Shown: positions 61,199 through 64,000 of the stretch, piece by piece | Numbering within the stretch: the stretch's first letter is position 1 | Layout: each line of letters begins with the position of its first letter | Assembly (NCBI GenBank): GCA_042408215.1 | Contig: JAYFMW010000005.1 | Span: 288,001 to 352,000 of the forward strand | Reading direction: 5' to 3' | Length of the DNA: 64,000 nt | Source: Microcoleus sp. | GTDB lineage: Bacteria > Cyanobacteriota > Cyanobacteriia > Cyanobacteriales > Microcoleaceae | Notes under the pieces: generated by a model | Told to the model about the DNA's origin: nothing | The model's database searches: none | Seen by the model: only the letters and a program-made list of their open reading frames with translations | Translations under genes and position numbers: made by a program

Positions 61199-64000
61199 AT
61201 GTTAACAATTCCCGGCTATCGCATCATTGAGCAAATCTATAATGGCTCTAAAACCCAGGTTTATCGAGGGATTTCTGAGTCAAACAACACATCAGTAGTA
61301 ATCAAACTGCTCAAAAGCGAGTATCCGACTTTTAGCGAACTCGTGCAGTTTCGGAATCAGTACAGCATTACCAAAAATCTTGACCTGACGGGAATTGTCA
61401 AACCTATTGCACTCTTAAACTACCGCAATGCTTTTGCTCTGGTAATGGAGGATGTTGGTGGTGTTTCTCTTGCTGAGTATACTGCTAATGCAGACAGGAA
61501 TGATTCGGGGGATTCATCAAGTAATTCTGAGGTTTCCTCCCCCCAGATTTCGCCCCTACTGCTAGATGAGTTTTTGCCGATCGCAATTCAGGTTGTCCAA
61601 AGCATAGAAGGACTATATCACAACCGAATTATTCACAAAGATATCAAGCCTCAGAATATTATCATCAACCCCCAAACTAAAGAAGTCAAATTAATTGACT
61701 TTAGCATTTCCTCACTTTTACCCAGAGAAAACCAGGAAATCCAAAATCCAAACGTCTTAGAAGGAACCCTAGCTTATATGTCCCCTGAACAGACGGGACG
61801 CATGAATAGGGGACTCGACTACCGCACCGACTTTTACTCGCTGGGAGTCACGTTTTATGAACTGCTAACAGGACAATTACCCTTTAACTCGATCGAGCCA
61901 ATGGAGCTAGTTCACTGTCATATTGCCAGGATGCCAACTTCTCCAATAGCTCTGGTTCCAGCTATTCCGGTGATGCTGAATAACATGATTATGAAATTGA
62001 TGGCAAAAACTCCAGAATTACGCTATCAAAGTGCTATTGGACTGCGATATGACTTAGAAAATTGCTGGCAGGAATGGCAAGAAAATGGGAAGATTAGGGA
62101 GTTTGCCTTGGGGACATCGGGATATTTGCGATCGCTTCGTCATTCCCGAAAAACTCTACGGTAGAGAAACAGAAGTTAAAGCCCTATTAGAAGCCTTCGA
62201 TCGCATCAGCGAAGGCAGCAGCGAAATCATGCTAGTGGCGGGCTTCTCCGGCATCGGTAAAACCGCTGTAGTGAATGAAGTTCACAAACCCATTGTCCGC
62301 CAACGGGGTTACTTCATCAAAGGAAAATTTGACCAATTCAAGCGCGATATACCCTTCTCTTCCTGGGTGCAAGCATTCCAGAATTTAATCCGACAATTAC
62401 TTACTGAAAATGCTGCCGAAGTGCAGAAATGGCAGGTAAGAATTGTAGAGGCTTTGGGCGAAAATGGTCAGGTAATTATGGATGTAATTCCCGAATTAGA
62501 ACGACTAATTGGCAAGCAGCCAGAAGTGCCAGAACTAGAAGGAAATGCCGCTCAAAATCGCTTCAATCTTTTATTTCAAAAATTCATCAGAGTGTTCGCC
62601 ACAAAAGAACATCCTTTAGTGATTTTCTTGGATGATTTGCAATGGGCAGACTCGGCTTCATTGAAGTTAATGCAATTATTGATGAGTGAAACAGATACCA
62701 GGTATCTGTTGTTAATGGGAGCGTATCGGGACAATGAAGTTTTTCCAGCCCATCCATTGATGCTAACTTTGGATGAGATTCGCAAAGAGTCGGCGACAGT
62801 CAATCAAATTACTTTATCACCCTTAGACCAGCCTTCTCTAAATCGCCTGATTGCCGATACCCTGAGTTGTCCACCAGAAAGGGCGATTCCTCTGACAGAA
62901 TTAGTATTCGCTAAAACCAAAGGCAATCCTTTTTTTGCGACTCAATTCCTCAAATCTTTGCAGGTCGATGGATTAATTTCATTTGATTTTAATAGCGGAT
63001 ATTGGCAATGTGATATTGCCCAAGTCAAGGCCCTAGCTTTGACCGATGATGTGGTAGAGTTTATGGCGATTCAGTTGCAAAAGTTGCCTGTAAATACTCA
63101 GGAAGTTTTGAAATTAGGAGCTTGTATTGGCAACGAATTTGACTTGGCAACTCTAGCAATTGTCCATGAAAAATCTCAGGCTGAAACAGCTGCCGATCTG
63201 TGGAAAGCTTTGCAAGAAGGGTTAGTTATTCCGATTACTGAAGTTTACAAGTTTTTTCACGACTCGGAATCAGTTGCAGTTGCACAAGCGTCTGATTTAT
63301 CGGTTCCCTACAAGTTTTTGCACGATCGAGTGCAGCAAGCTGCTTATTCTCTGATTCCCGAATCCCAAAAACAGTCAACCCATCTCGAAATTGGGCGAAT
63401 GCTGTTGCACAAGGGCGGACCAGGGGGTACCGCCCCTACGGAAGCAGAAAGAGAAAATAAAATTTTTGATATTGTCAACCAGTTGAATATTGGTAAAGAG
63501 TTAATGACATATCGAACTGAGCGAGATGAACTAGCTCAATTGAATTTAATTGCAGGGCGCAAAGCTAAAGCTTCAACTGCTTATGCTGCTGCCCAAAAGT
63601 ATTTAACTGTGGGTTTGGAACTCATAGCTGCTGATAGCTGGGAGAGTCAATATGGCCTAACATTAGCTCTGTACGAGGAAGCGGCAGAAGCGGCGTACTT
63701 GAATGGTCACTTCGACGAAATGGATAAATTGGTTGATATTGTGCTACAAAAAGCCAAAAGTTTGCTTGAAAAAGTGAAAGTATATAGTGTCAAAATTCAA
63801 GGTACTGTGGCACAGGGAAACCTAAAAAAAGCGATTAAAATAGGGCTTAAAGTATCAGAATTGTTAGGGGTAATATTACCAGAAGAACCGAGTCAGTTGG
63901 ATGTTCAAAGAGGACTGGAGGAAACCGCTTCACTTTTGGAGGGGCAGGAAATTGAAAACTTAATTAACCTGCCGGAAATGACAGATCCCCAAAAATTGGC
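61199..64000 (+). pseudogene. Ser/Thr kinase plus AAA ATPase multidomain sensor, frameshifted near 62117; runs off window end
   Basis: HKDIKPQN kinase; removing one base gives GTRDICDRFVIPEKLYGRE...GFSGIGKT...FLDDLQWAD. Confidence 0.85.

Noticed and set aside
1..64000. tnpA transposase, tRNA or rRNA genes, and in-window trans targets of the predicted guides
   Set aside because: No HUH/Y1 ORF, cloverleaf or rRNA seen; no second match to any guide noticed by eye (not an exhaustive search)

Overview
Cyanobacterial chromosome segment. Abundant HIP1 GCGATCGC, heptamer STRR tracts and flv/CBCR genes suggest a filamentous Oscillatoriales such as Microcoleus or Tychonema (inference). The backbone is housekeeping: prfB 5' end with its +1 frameshift, cobT-like, usp, crp-like, pgsA, flv1/flv3, coaX, argH, ftsY, nusB, radical SAM, rne, rnhB and several sensor kinases. 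It is heavily colonised by IS200/IS605-superfamily elements: one intact IscB with a HEARO/omega RNA and five tnpB elements (two broken), with no tnpA in the window, plus many MITEs and REPs. The most interesting signal is four ORF-less elements (11391-11852, 13446-13873, 56661-57032, 57137-57546). They keep IS200/IS605-type ends, have their own promoter-like -10 boxes, and appear to encode 300-360 nt structured RNAs; three end in a TnpB-omegaRNA-like 3' module. Other notable items are a TnpB/IscB junction sharing one 10-nt seed and an identical net +2 nt frameshift in three diverged repeats of one gene. All calls were made by eye, without database searches or folding software.
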